A stretch of DNA of 64,000 bases from an uncultured Armatimonadetes bacterium (GTDB lineage Bacteria > Armatimonadota > Fimbriimonadia > Fimbriimonadales > Fimbriimonadaceae), in NCBI GenBank assembly GCA_963800805.1, contig CAWDCK010000014.1, positions 18,170 to 82,169 on the forward strand, in the 5' to 3' direction. The position numbers and the translations under genes are program-made. Positions 1 through 9,296 of the stretch are shown one piece after another. Position 1 is the stretch's first letter. Each line of letters starts with the position of its first letter. Under the pieces are notes generated by a model that did not search any database, was not told the origin of the DNA, and saw only the letters and a list, made by a program, of their open reading frames with translations.

Positions 1-839
1 GCGGACAACCCGGCGTTGATATGGCATTCACCACGCCCGAGCAAGAAGCCGAACAGCTTACCGATGCAACCTATGTCTTAGAAGATGCCGCCGTGGCCCA
101 GAAATCAGACCTTCTGATTTTGCCCGAGGGTTATGCCGGAAGTGTCTACCAATTGCCCCCATTAACCCCACTTGGACCAAATCCAAGAGTTCCAGTAATC
201 ATGGGCGGACAAAGGTTTGCCGATGACACAAGTTACCAAAGCGCAATCTATTGGGATGGCACTCAATGGGATTTTGCCGATAAAACGAGGCTAGTAATCA
301 TGGGTGAATATGTCCCATTTCGAGACCAACTCCCATTTTTGAAAAACTTCAATGTTGCGCTCGAAGATCTCAGTCCGGGGCCTTATCTCAAAACCCCAGA
401 AATCAACGGGATGAAAATTGGCCCACTCATTTGCTTTGAAGGAGTCTTTCCCGATCTTGCCGCACAACACTGTCTAAACGGAGCCCAAGTTCTCATCCAA
501 ATGTCAATCGATGATTGGTACGAAGAAACGCCTGCCTATCAACAACTATGGCAATCATCCGTTTGGAGATCAATTGAATCCGGACTTCCCATAGTCAGAG
601 TTGGCGCAAGAGGTCAATCCCTTTTTACCGATTACCGGGGCCGCATTGCCAATCTCGTTCCTGTCGGCAAATTAGAGCCGTTCCGTGCAAACGTCAAAGT
701 CCCTGCAAAATCCGATGCCTTCCCGTATCGAATCGCCTTCGTATATCTTTGCTGGATTTCGACGGCTCTCATCTTTGCAAAATGGGCGGTTCAAAAAATA
801 AAAAATCCGGCTCGCAAATCAAGCAAACCGGATAAGTAA
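1..839 (+). CDS. lnt: Apolipoprotein N-acyltransferase, C-terminal CN-hydrolase domain (5' truncated by window)
   Basis: Nitrilase-fold motifs LILPE, DKTRLVIMGEYVP and ICFEG, plus C-terminal TM helix. The frame is open back to position 3, so the ATG at 21 is probably internal. Confidence 0.9.
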   Translation, partial: GQPGVDMAFTTPEQEAEQLTDATYVLEDAAVAQKSDLLILPEGYAGSVYQLPPLTPLGPNPRVPVIMGGQRFADDTSYQSAIYWDGTQWDFADKTRLVIMGEYVPFRDQLPFLKNFNVALEDLSPGPYLKTPEINGMKIGPLICFEGVFPDLAAQHCLNGAQVLIQMSIDDWYEETPAYQQLWQSSVWRSIESGLPIVRVGARGQSLFTDYRGRIANLVPVGKLEPFRANVKVPAKSDAFPYRIAFVYLCWISTALIFAKWAVQKIKNPARKSSKPDK

Positions 840-852
840 TCAACTTAAGAAA

Positions 853-1599
853 TTACTTGGATTTCTTTCGTCTAAGAGCGGCAAAAGCACCAAGACCAAG
901 AAGCGTCAAAGTAGCTGGTTCGGGAACAGCTTCACCTTCAATGAGGAAAGGAAGTTCCATTGGAGTCAAGGTTGTACCGTTAGCAAGCGGAGTCCAAACG
1001 CCAGTGCTGACATTTTGCTGTTGTGCATTTGCACCGGCAAAAGTGGCTTCGCCAAGTGAACCAGTCAATCCTGGTACAAATGGGCCGCTGGTAGAACTAC
1101 CTAGTAAGTTGAACGTCACCCAATAGGTTCCAGCCGACAAGTTCAATGAAGACAAGTTAAAAGTTGCCGATTGAATGTGTCGTGTGTCGTTTACGGTCGA
1201 AGTCGAGATTCGATAAACCTCGGTCAACGCAGCCGATGTGAAAGTACCAGTTCCAAGAACTGAACCAGATGCATCAACGGATCGAATTTCTAATGAACCA
1301 CCGTTCAATGTAATACCAACCGCATTGGTTTGATAAGCATAAACGGTCACGGAGTTCAATATCGAGTTGGCACTTAGAGTAAAGTCTTCAGCCAAACGGA
1401 AACTTGCGTTTCCGGATGCACCTAGAGTCGTCGAATTTGCCGTATTAAGGCGAGAGTAAAAGCCACCAGCTGGCCGAGTTTCTGTTTCAAGTCCCAAGGC
1501 AGAACTCAAACCATTTGCTTGACCATTATGGAATAGCGTAGCTGCTTGTGCACTACCAGCCAAAGCCGCCAGTGAAAGCAAAATAAAATATCGTTTCAT
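853..1599 (-). CDS. PEP-CTERM sorting domain secreted protein
   Basis: N-terminal signal peptide and C-terminal VPEPATLTLLGLGAFAALRRKKSK. Confidence 0.92.
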   Translation of the reverse strand: MKRYFILLSLAALAGSAQAATLFHNGQANGLSSALGLETETRPAGGFYSRLNTANSTTLGASGNASFRLAEDFTLSANSILNSVTVYAYQTNAVGITLNGGSLEIRSVDASGSVLGTGTFTSAALTEVYRISTSTVNDTRHIQSATFNLSSLNLSAGTYWVTFNLLGSSTSGPFVPGLTGSLGEATFAGANAQQQNVSTGVWTPLANGTTLTPMELPFLIEGEAVPEPATLTLLGLGAFAALRRKKSK

Positions 1600-1665
1600 T
1601 TGTCCTCTTTAAAGAATCACATTGTTTCGCACACGAACCAATGTAGGTTAACAATATCATACTTT

Positions 1666-1707
1666 GGTACTTATACTACTAGTAAAAGTACCTGATACTA
1701 GTTAACA
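1666..1707 (-). promoter_or_regulatory. Candidate operator region upstream of PEP-CTERM gene
   Basis: Inverted repeat GGTACTT (1666-72) / AAGTACC (1686-92), and TACTAGT repeated at 1677 and 1696. The minus-strand AGGTACTTTTA (1683-93) is identical to 59321-31 upstream of another PEP-CTERM gene. Confidence 0.45.
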
Positions 1708-1749
1708 AAACCGATAACTAATTTCTATCCCGACTTCTGTTTAGTTCAA

Positions 1750-2631
1750 TTAGCTTCTCAAAACTAAAACATTGTGCGAAGTACTGACGACTTGATGGAA
1801 ACTAACACTACCCAGAGTCAATCGTTCAAAAAAGCCATGTCCTTGCGCGCCTAAAATTAAGAGATCGGCATGGTTAGCCAAGTAGGCCTCATCCAAAACT
1901 GGACCTGGCCGGCCCATAACTGCTTCCGAACTCAACTTGGCTCCCAAAATAGAAAACTCTCTACTCAATTTTTCGTTTTGCTGAGACAGGTTCATAGAAA
2001 CTTCACTCTGTGCAGATTTTGCAAACTGAGCAATCGCCTCGGCATGCTGCAAACTAACACGCTTTGTAGAGCCGTAAGCTGAAACAATATGAATCGATTC
2101 CAATCCGGTTGGTTTCCAGCTCAGTAGCTGCGATTTGCACTTTTCAAAATAGTTCGAGTGATCTGTTCCTAGTACGGCTTTCACTTTGCCGATCCCGACA
2201 TTCTCATCTTTTACAACGAGAACACTAGCTGAACAAGAAGTGACTAAACCTTTTGCCACAGATCCAAAAAACAGAGATCCCAAGTAATCCTTGGTGCGAC
2301 TCGCCACCGCAACTAAGTCCATCTGTTCTCTTTCTGCATACTCCCTTAGTTGAACCGCAGCATCTCCAAACGCTTGATGTTTAACAACTTTAGAAGCTCC
2401 CTTAACCAGCGCTTCTGCTTTTTCTAACTGAGCCAAACCATCTGCCTTGATTTGCTCATTGATTTCAGAAAGAACCCCGCCCGCCGTTGGCTCCGGAAAA
2501 CTACCATCAACCATAACCGAACTAACACAGTTCACAAGATGGATTTCCGCACTAGCAAATCCCAATCGAGCAACCATTGAAAGCGCCGGTTGATACACTC
2601 CCCCAGAATCAACGCCAACTAATATTTTCAC
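1750..2631 (-). CDS. Universal stress protein (tandem USP domains)
   Basis: MKILVGVD start, DLVAVASR...GSVAKGLV and DLLILGAQGHG...GSVS motifs; GTG start. Confidence 0.88.
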   Translation of the reverse strand: MKILVGVDSGGVYQPALSMVARLGFASAEIHLVNCVSSVMVDGSFPEPTAGGVLSEINEQIKADGLAQLEKAEALVKGASKVVKHQAFGDAAVQLREYAEREQMDLVAVASRTKDYLGSLFFGSVAKGLVTSCSASVLVVKDENVGIGKVKAVLGTDHSNYFEKCKSQLLSWKPTGLESIHIVSAYGSTKRVSLQHAEAIAQFAKSAQSEVSMNLSQQNEKLSREFSILGAKLSSEAVMGRPGPVLDEAYLANHADLLILGAQGHGFFERLTLGSVSFHQVVSTSHNVLVLRS

Positions 2632-2711
2632 AAAAATAGTTTACTAGCAAACCTCAGTGACACTTTCAGCCGAATCTACACCAAAATGTAAGTCTTGGAC
2701 TAAAAAAACAC

Positions 2712-2799
2712 TGGAGGAGGGAAGGGGATTCGAACCCCTGAGACCTTTCGGCCTGACGGTTTTCAAGACCGTTGCATTCGACCACTCTGCCATCCCTCC
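2712..2799 (-). tRNA. tRNA-Ser (anticodon UGA), class II with long variable arm
   Basis: Acceptor stem GGAGGGA/TCCCTCC, anticodon arm ACGGT-CTTGAAA-ACCGT, variable arm AGGCC-GAAA-GGTCT, T arm AGGGG-TTCGAAT-CCCCT, encoded CCA. Confidence 0.96.
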
Positions 2800-2870
2800 G
2801 TTTCAGAAGAACATGATTCTACTCTCCAAGTAAAACGCCTATCCGAACTTAGACCCTTTCGTCCAAACTT

Positions 2871-4598
2871 CTAACCCGATTCGAGTCGAATAAGCTCGTC
2901 TCTAACAAACGTTTCCAACCCAGAATCTCCCGCTGCATGTCCAAGAGCCCGAGAATAAGCCTGCCGAGCCCCCATGGAATCTCCCGCCGTCAACATCGTC
3001 CTTCCCGCTTCAACGTACAAACCAACGGCCTGCTCCTTTATCTGCTGAGCGCGCTCCGGTACGGTCATTGCCGCCAATGCAAAGGCCTTATCCGCATTGG
3101 TCCATCTCTCTCTTCTATCCGAAGCTATATCCGTCGTCGCCCCCTCCCAAACTCCTGATTCAGCCTGCAACATTGTAGCGTTAAGATCAAAATCAGCAAC
3201 TGGATCTGGTGCAACGTCTCGCGTCTCCATGCCAACATTAGGAACCTGCTGTGCAACAGATTCCGGCTGAGGAGATGTTGCCGGCACTGTCGGAATCATA
3301 TTCTGCTGGCTTTGAGCCTTGCCCGGTATAGATTCTGCCGCCGCGCTCATCCCTACAATCAAAAGCCAAGCCATCGCCCCAACTACCAAAAAGGCAAAAA
3401 GAATCTTCCAAAACAATGCTTTCGTTTCCGGCTTAAACAAGGGTTGCCGAGGCGGTGGAGGATAGTAAACCGGAACCTGCATCCCCGGGCCCGGAGTCAC
3501 CCCGCCATACGGAGTCGTTTGATACGGCACTTGCGCTCCCCCATATTGCGGAGGTGAACCATATGGTTGAACTGGTGGAGCCGTCACACCAGAACTAGGA
3601 TACATCGGGTTCGGCGTGCCGTAAGGAGTGTAAGGTTGCTGATAAGCGGGAACAGGCATTTGCCCATAGTTGTAAGGACTTTGAACCTGATGCGGCAACC
3701 CCGCAACTCCTGCCGAATTCGTTAGACTGGGTGGAGCTTGCCCATAATTCGAGACACCCGGGTCAAGAACTGAAGATCCAAAACTTCGCTGAACTTGCTT
3801 CAATTCCTGAATAAATTCTTCCGCCGAATCTTGCCTTAAAATCGGACTCTTGTCCAAAGCTTTATTGAGTGCCATCCAAAGCAAATGATTAGCCTGCGCT
3901 GGCTGCGGAGGATTGAAATTCATAATGGCATAGGTAATAGCCATCACATTATCTCCCGTAAAAGGCTTTGTTCCCGAGAGCATTTCGTAAAGAACAATCC
4001 CCATGCTAAAAATATCACTGCGCTGATCAATCTCCTTCCCATTGATCTGCTCCGGAGACATATAACTGGGAGTTCCAAAAACCTGGCCATCCATGGTCAA
4101 ATTCGGTTCAAAAGTTAATCGAGCAATGCCAAAATCCGTAAGCTTAATGGTGCCATCGCTCAAGATCTGAATGTTTTCTGGCTTAACATCCCGATGAACA
4201 ACCCCGTGCTTATGAGCAAAGCCTAAAGCTCTTAAAACTTCAATGGCAATTTCCAAAGCCCGTTCTGGAGAAACTGAGCCATCATCAAGCGTCTTTCGCA
4301 GAGTTTCTCCGTCCAAAAACTCCATCGCCAAGTAATAACGATCCGCTTCCTCTGCAACTTCGTAAACAGTAACAATGTTGGGATGAACAAGGCTCCCGGC
4401 CGCTTTCGCTTCTCGTAAAAATCGTTTAACTCGATCTTCCTTTTGAGAAGTCGATGCCCCTTGCGGCATTGCCAATTCCTTAACGGCCACACGACGATTC
4501 ATAATCGCGTCGTAGCCCTCATAAACTATGTCATTAGAGCGCGCAATTTCCCGAATAATTTCATACTTTCCTAATTGAGAAGGTATTCCTTGGCTCAT
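2871..4598 (-). CDS. Hanks-type Ser/Thr protein kinase with P/Y/G/Q-rich linker, TM helix and extracytoplasmic helical domain
   Basis: VAVKEL, HRDVKPEN, DFGIA and GTPSYMSPEQ motifs; TM segment LFWKILFAFLVVGAMAWLLIVGM. Confidence 0.93.
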   Translation of the reverse strand: MSQGIPSQLGKYEIIREIARSNDIVYEGYDAIMNRRVAVKELAMPQGASTSQKEDRVKRFLREAKAAGSLVHPNIVTVYEVAEEADRYYLAMEFLDGETLRKTLDDGSVSPERALEIAIEVLRALGFAHKHGVVHRDVKPENIQILSDGTIKLTDFGIARLTFEPNLTMDGQVFGTPSYMSPEQINGKEIDQRSDIFSMGIVLYEMLSGTKPFTGDNVMAITYAIMNFNPPQPAQANHLLWMALNKALDKSPILRQDSAEEFIQELKQVQRSFGSSVLDPGVSNYGQAPPSLTNSAGVAGLPHQVQSPYNYGQMPVPAYQQPYTPYGTPNPMYPSSGVTAPPVQPYGSPPQYGGAQVPYQTTPYGGVTPGPGMQVPVYYPPPPRQPLFKPETKALFWKILFAFLVVGAMAWLLIVGMSAAAESIPGKAQSQQNMIPTVPATSPQPESVAQQVPNVGMETRDVAPDPVADFDLNATMLQAESGVWEGATTDIASDRRERWTNADKAFALAAMTVPERAQQIKEQAVGLYVEAGRTMLTAGDSMGARQAYSRALGHAAGDSGLETFVRDELIRLESG

Positions 4599-4705
4599 CC
4601 GCTTGCTACACTTATCATCGGAACTTTTTTACACTGTCATTCAATTCAACGAAGAAATCATTCCTAAAGGTTCGCTCAAAGAAAAATAATTCGTGAATTA
4701 ACCTT

Positions 4706-5362
4706 TTAAACAGAGATTGTGGAAAGAGAGTCCAAAACTGAAAACTCCGCTTCAGTTTTGCTCCTCACTTCGTCCACTGTAACCCCTGGAGCTGTTTCTT
4801 TTAAAACCAAACTTCCGTTTTCAACCTCGAAAACTGCTAAATCCGTAATGATTAAATTCACGCAATTCTTTCCCGTTAATGGGAGCGAACATTCTTTCAG
4901 AATCTTTGGATCTCCGTGTTTATTCGTATGATCCATCACGACGACTACGCGCTTAACACCCGCTACTAAATCCATGGCGCCTCCCATTCCCTTCACCATC
5001 TTTCCAGGAATCATCCAATTCGCCAAATCACCTTCTCCGCTCACTTCCATTGCCCCCAAAATCGTCAAATCAATAGCTCCTCCCCGAATCATTCCAAAAC
5101 TTGTCGCGCTATCAAAATAAACTGTTCCCGGAATCTCGGTAATCGTTTGTTTACCGGCATTGATCAAATCTGGATCAGCCTCTCCCTCATATGGAAACGG
5201 ACCCATGCCAAGCATGCCATTCTCGCTTTGCAAAACAACTTCCACGCCCTCTGGAATATAGTTCGCAACTAAAGTCGGAATTCCAATTCCTAGATTTACA
5301 TAAAACCCATCTTGCAGCTCCGCCGCTGCCCTTTTCGCCATTTCATCGCGAGTCAGTGCCAT
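4706..5362 (-). CDS. scoB: 3-oxoacid CoA-transferase subunit B
   Basis: [16 protein letters not shown] (catalytic Glu) and GMGGAMDLV motifs. Confidence 0.93.
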   Translation of the reverse strand: MALTRDEMAKRAAAELQDGFYVNLGIGIPTLVANYIPEGVEVVLQSENGMLGMGPFPYEGEADPDLINAGKQTITEIPGTVYFDSATSFGMIRGGAIDLTILGAMEVSGEGDLANWMIPGKMVKGMGGAMDLVAGVKRVVVVMDHTNKHGDPKILKECSLPLTGKNCVNLIITDLAVFEVENGSLVLKETAPGVTVDEVRSKTEAEFSVLDSLSTISV

Positions 5363-5586
5363 GACCTTATTCTACTTGAACCGGATTCCAGGAAAACATA
5401 GCCGGCGCAATGCCCAATACTCGCAATTCTAATCAAATCCTCAACAGTTTCCAATCCGATGAAATGCCAGAATTTGCGTTTCTCTAGCCCGCTATCAAAA
5501 TCGAAAGCCCAAAATCAATTTAATCAGATTCAGCTTTTCTCACAAATCAAAAATCGAAACTACCAAAAAGTAAATCTTAACTCTCT

Positions 5587-6294
5587 TTAGTCGTGGGTGC
5601 GAACGGTAAGTCGCTCGATTCGCTTTTCATAATTTTGGCCAAGAACAAGCTTATCAACATGAATCCCTGGAGTATGAATCTCATCAGCATCAAAAACGCC
5701 GAAGTCAACAACTTCTTCTACTTCAGCAATAGTGACCTTCCCTGCTGCCGCCATCATAGGATTAAAATTGCGCGCCGTCTTTCTAAAAACCAAGTTCCCC
5801 CAGCGATCCGCTTTCCAAGCTTTAACAATCGACAAATCCGCTTTCAATGCCGTCTCCAAAACATACCATTCGCCATCAAACTGCCGAGTTTCTTTCCCTT
5901 CCGCTACCAAAGTGCCATACCCAGTTTTCACATAAAACGCCGGAATCCCGGCTCCACCAGCTCGACATCGCTCGGCTAAAGTTCCCTGCGGATTAAATTC
6001 AAGCTCTAACTCTCCGCTCAAATATTGCCGCTCAAACTCCGCATTTTCCCCCACATAACTTGAAATCATCTTCTTGATTTGCCGAGTTTGCAATAACAAT
6101 CCAAGACCAAAATCATCAACTCCGCAGTTATTACTAATAACCGTAATGTCTTTCACTCCAGAATCTCTCAAAGCCAAAATGAGGTGCTCAGGAATTCCAC
6201 AAAGGCCAAATCCCCCGGACATAATCGTCATTCCATCAAACAACAATCCGTCTAATGCAACCGTCGCATCACTCACTAACTTATCCATACCCAT
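5587..6294 (-). CDS. scoA: 3-oxoacid CoA-transferase subunit A
   Basis: [23 protein letters not shown] and IHTPGI motifs. Confidence 0.93.
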   Translation of the reverse strand: MGMDKLVSDATVALDGLLFDGMTIMSGGFGLCGIPEHLILALRDSGVKDITVISNNCGVDDFGLGLLLQTRQIKKMISSYVGENAEFERQYLSGELELEFNPQGTLAERCRAGGAGIPAFYVKTGYGTLVAEGKETRQFDGEWYVLETALKADLSIVKAWKADRWGNLVFRKTARNFNPMMAAAGKVTIAEVEEVVDFGVFDADEIHTPGIHVDKLVLGQNYEKRIERLTVRTHD

Positions 6295-6366
6295 AGTTTA
6301 GCCTCTTTCTCACTCCGATAAGACCAATGCAAAAGACATCGTTATGTCAAACTCTCTTAATAAGAA

Positions 6367-7812
6367 ATGAACACCAACAAGCTTGACCGCACAACAATTT
6401 TGGTGTCCCTTCTTTGCTTTTTGCCTTATCTGGGGTTCTGGATTTACGGCCTTACAGACTTAGATGAAGGGTTTTATGGAGCCGTCGTCACCGATATGCT
6501 CCGCCGAGGAGACTGGATCACTCCCACCTATAACGGAATTCCTTGGTTTGAAAAACCAATTCTTTCTTACTGGTTAGCAATGCCGGGGTTATCAATGTTC
6601 CCCAGTAATGATTTCATCGCGCGCCTTCCATCTCTCATTTGCACCCTGGCCGCAACTTTTATCATTTTCAGATTTGCCAAAAAACACTTCGATTTGCCAA
6701 CCGCTCGCCTGGCAGCTCTCATTTTTTCTTCAAGCCTTCTGGTTGTTGCCCTCGGCCGACTCATGATGACCGACCCCGCTCTCAATCTCTGCATCATCAT
6801 CGCGCTAACAACCTTTTACGACTCGCTTACAGAGAAAACACAGTCAAAAAGATTGATAACCGCCGCCGCCCTCGGCTTCGCTGTCTTAGCCAAGGGCCCA
6901 GTTGCCCTTGTGCTTTTTGTCTTGATTGCCGGACTAACTTATTGGCGACTACCTTCTCTCCGCCCACATTTCAGATCCTTCTGGGTGCTAGGAACACTCC
7001 TCATGATCGCCGTCATCTCAACGTGGTACATCCCCGCATATTTGGCGAACCCCACAACATTCATCCAACAATTCTTAATCGAACAAAATATTGGAAGGTT
7101 CAAAGGCGGCGATGTCGCCCACACCGTTCCCTGGTACCTCAACGGAATCTATTTCCCTATCATTGCCATTCTTGCCATGGCGCCATGGATTGCATCGGCT
7201 CATTCCGCAAGTTGGCATAACACAAAAACCGGAACCGGAAACCCTCAAAACCTGAGAAAATTCCTATGGATTTCCGCCCTGGTAGTCATCGGATTCTTTA
7301 CGATTAGCAAAACCAAACTCCCCCACTATATCCTTCCCGGTATCGCCCCTCTTGCTTTGCTTGCCGCCGAGGCAATATCACATCGACACCCCAAAAAACG
7401 ACCCGAAACCTTTTGGCTCAAAGCCGCCGGAATTTGGGCGACAATCGTATTCATCATTGCAAACGTTGCTCTCTTTTCCTACCACCAAAAGCAATTTGCC
7501 GAAATCCAATCAATTGCCAAATTCCTTCAAAAACAAAGCCAAGATGTAACGATCCTCAGCCTCGGAAGAAACGGATCAGATCCAACAATTAAACTCACTC
7601 TCGAACAGACTTCCCACCCCTCAATTCTTTTCTACTTGCGAAGAACCGTCACAATGACAAGCCAGGAAGATCTCCCAAATGCAAAACCAGGAAGTTACGT
7701 AATTTCAAGAAAAACATCAGGATGGCAACCCCATTTACAATACGTGTTAGTCAACCCATCAAACTACAATTGGAAATCTAACTCAGAGTTCAATCTCTTT
7801 CAGATTCAGTAA
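6367..7812 (+). CDS. ArnT/PMT-like GT-C membrane glycosyltransferase (family 39/83)
   Basis: DLDEGFY, WFEKPIL, LAKGPVAL and KTKLPHYILP motifs; many TM helices. Confidence 0.85.
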   Translation: MNTNKLDRTTILVSLLCFLPYLGFWIYGLTDLDEGFYGAVVTDMLRRGDWITPTYNGIPWFEKPILSYWLAMPGLSMFPSNDFIARLPSLICTLAATFIIFRFAKKHFDLPTARLAALIFSSSLLVVALGRLMMTDPALNLCIIIALTTFYDSLTEKTQSKRLITAAALGFAVLAKGPVALVLFVLIAGLTYWRLPSLRPHFRSFWVLGTLLMIAVISTWYIPAYLANPTTFIQQFLIEQNIGRFKGGDVAHTVPWYLNGIYFPIIAILAMAPWIASAHSASWHNTKTGTGNPQNLRKFLWISALVVIGFFTISKTKLPHYILPGIAPLALLAAEAISHRHPKKRPETFWLKAAGIWATIVFIIANVALFSYHQKQFAEIQSIAKFLQKQSQDVTILSLGRNGSDPTIKLTLEQTSHPSILFYLRRTVTMTSQEDLPNAKPGSYVISRKTSGWQPHLQYVLVNPSNYNWKSNSEFNLFQIQ

Positions 7813-7815
7813 AAA

Positions 7816-7891
7816 TGGTGGGCCCAGCGGGACTTGAACCCGCGACCAAGCGATTATGAGTCGCCTGCTCTAACCACTGAGCTACAGGCCC
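7816..7891 (-). tRNA. tRNA-Ile2 (anticodon CAU, lysidine type)
   Basis: GGGCCTGTAGCTCAGTGGTTAGAGCAGGCGACTCATAATCGCTTGGTCGCGGGTTCAAGTCCCGCTGGGCCCACCA. The D and anticodon arms match the E. coli ileX type rather than Met/fMet. Confidence 0.9.
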
Positions 7892-7917
7892 AAATTTCAA
7901 TCTAAGAATACCTCCCG

Positions 7918-8610
7918 CTAACTGCCTCGCTGGTCCGTTACCCTAACCCCATCTCGCGGTTTTGTCGAAAACCAATCCTTTGCAAATCGATAATTGGGAA
8001 TTCTAGAAAACACAACATCTCGAATTTTTTGCCGGCCCGATCCAAAAAAACCAGAATTCTCAACATCATATTCAACCCATAGAATAGCGTTATGAGACAC
8101 AAAAACTCGACAATCCGATTCCAGTTTGTGCCGGAAAGAAAACACAACCCCATCTTCCAGTGTCTCCGTTTTCACTTCGCCTTCGCCAACAAAAGCATCA
8201 AATGCCTCCTTTCCCGCAAAAGCCTGAAGCAATAAACCTCCATCGTCCGGCGCCTTAGATCCAGGACGAACTTCGATAAACGATTTTGGAGCCACCATCA
8301 GAGTCACGTCCTGATTCAAATCATCAATTAAAAAATTCTTCCCATCACTAATCCCTCGCGCCATATCACCAAAAAAACCGTTGTATTCCAATCTATATTT
8401 GCGACCATCTCGACCCAAATCGGTCATTCCGTCCAACTCCCAACCAACCGTCCCTTCCGATTGACGAAACTGCTCATAAACAATCAATCCCTTAAACTTA
8501 GAATGAGCAACAAAGGCTTCCAAAAGCTCCGTTCTCCCATCCAAGTTCCCCCAACTCAAAGCCGGAATCACTAAAGTTAAAATCAAAACAATTCGCGAGA
8601 GAAACCTCAT
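7918..8610 (-). CDS. Hypothetical secreted protein, possibly LolA-like fold
   Basis: ATG at 8610 gives a signal peptide (MRFLSRIVLILTLVIPALSWG). The RLEY...ISDGK pattern recalls LolA-type proteins (inference). The ORF-track extension to 8703 overlaps alkA. Confidence 0.6.
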   Translation of the reverse strand: MRFLSRIVLILTLVIPALSWGNLDGRTELLEAFVAHSKFKGLIVYEQFRQSEGTVGWELDGMTDLGRDGRKYRLEYNGFFGDMARGISDGKNFLIDDLNQDVTLMVAPKSFIEVRPGSKAPDDGGLLLQAFAGKEAFDAFVGEGEVKTETLEDGVVFSFRHKLESDCRVFVSHNAILWVEYDVENSGFFGSGRQKIRDVVFSRIPNYRFAKDWFSTKPRDGVRVTDQRGS

Positions 8611-8661
8611 AAACCAACTATACCGATCAAAAATCAACCAATGGTATGGTGAATCACGATC

Positions 8662-9282
8662 ATGCTGAATAATCCAACCTTTGTCAAAGAAGCCGTTGAT
8701 CATCTCACAAAATGCAAATTCCTAGCCCCCATCATCGAAAGCCAACCAATCCCAGAATATTCAATTACAACCGATCCCTTCTATTTCCTCACAAGAGCCA
8801 TTGTCTTTCAGCAACTCTCAGGCAAGGCCGCATCAACAATTTTTGCTCGATTCGAATCAAAAATTAAAAATATCCAGCCAAATACAGTTCTCACATTCAC
8901 AATCGAAGAACTAAGATCAGTCGGAATTTCTCGACCGAAAGCCACCTACATTCTAGATCTTGCAACCAAAATTGAACAATCTCAAATTCATCCTGAAAAG
9001 TGGTTTGAGCTCTCCGAGCCAGAACTCAGAAAAGAACTCACTTCCGTAAAAGGTCTTGGCGAATGGTCAGCCGACATGTTCCTTATTTTCGCCCTTTGCA
9101 AACCAGATATCTGGCCCGTAACAGACCAAGGAATTAGAAACGCCGCAAAACTCTTAACCTCCTCGGAAACCCATCTCACTCCCGAAAAACTCAATGCAAT
9201 TGCTGACCAATTCCGACCATATCGTTCAGTTGCCGCTCACTACTTTTGGCGTGCTGTCGATGTAAGAACAACCCAAAAGTAA
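8662..9282 (+). CDS. alkA: DNA-3-methyladenine glycosylase II (AlkA/HhH-GPD family)
   Basis: IVFQQLSGKAA, HhH VKGLGEWSADMFLIF, WPVTD and RPYRSVAA motifs. Confidence 0.88.
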   Translation: MLNNPTFVKEAVDHLTKCKFLAPIIESQPIPEYSITTDPFYFLTRAIVFQQLSGKAASTIFARFESKIKNIQPNTVLTFTIEELRSVGISRPKATYILDLATKIEQSQIHPEKWFELSEPELRKELTSVKGLGEWSADMFLIFALCKPDIWPVTDQGIRNAAKLLTSSETHLTPEKLNAIADQFRPYRSVAAHYFWRAVDVRTTQK

Positions 9283-9296
9283 AGTAAAATAGGCTC

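Noticed and set aside
5363-5586. 224-nt gap between scoA and scoB, which are normally adjacent
   Set aside because: There is only a short minus-strand open stretch without a convincing start, no terminal inverted repeats, and no stable fold that I could find. It is treated as an ordinary spacer.
7816-7891. tRNA 3' ends (also 2712) as integration sites
   Set aside because: I saw no integrase, no duplicated tRNA 3' end and no island boundary next to either tRNA.
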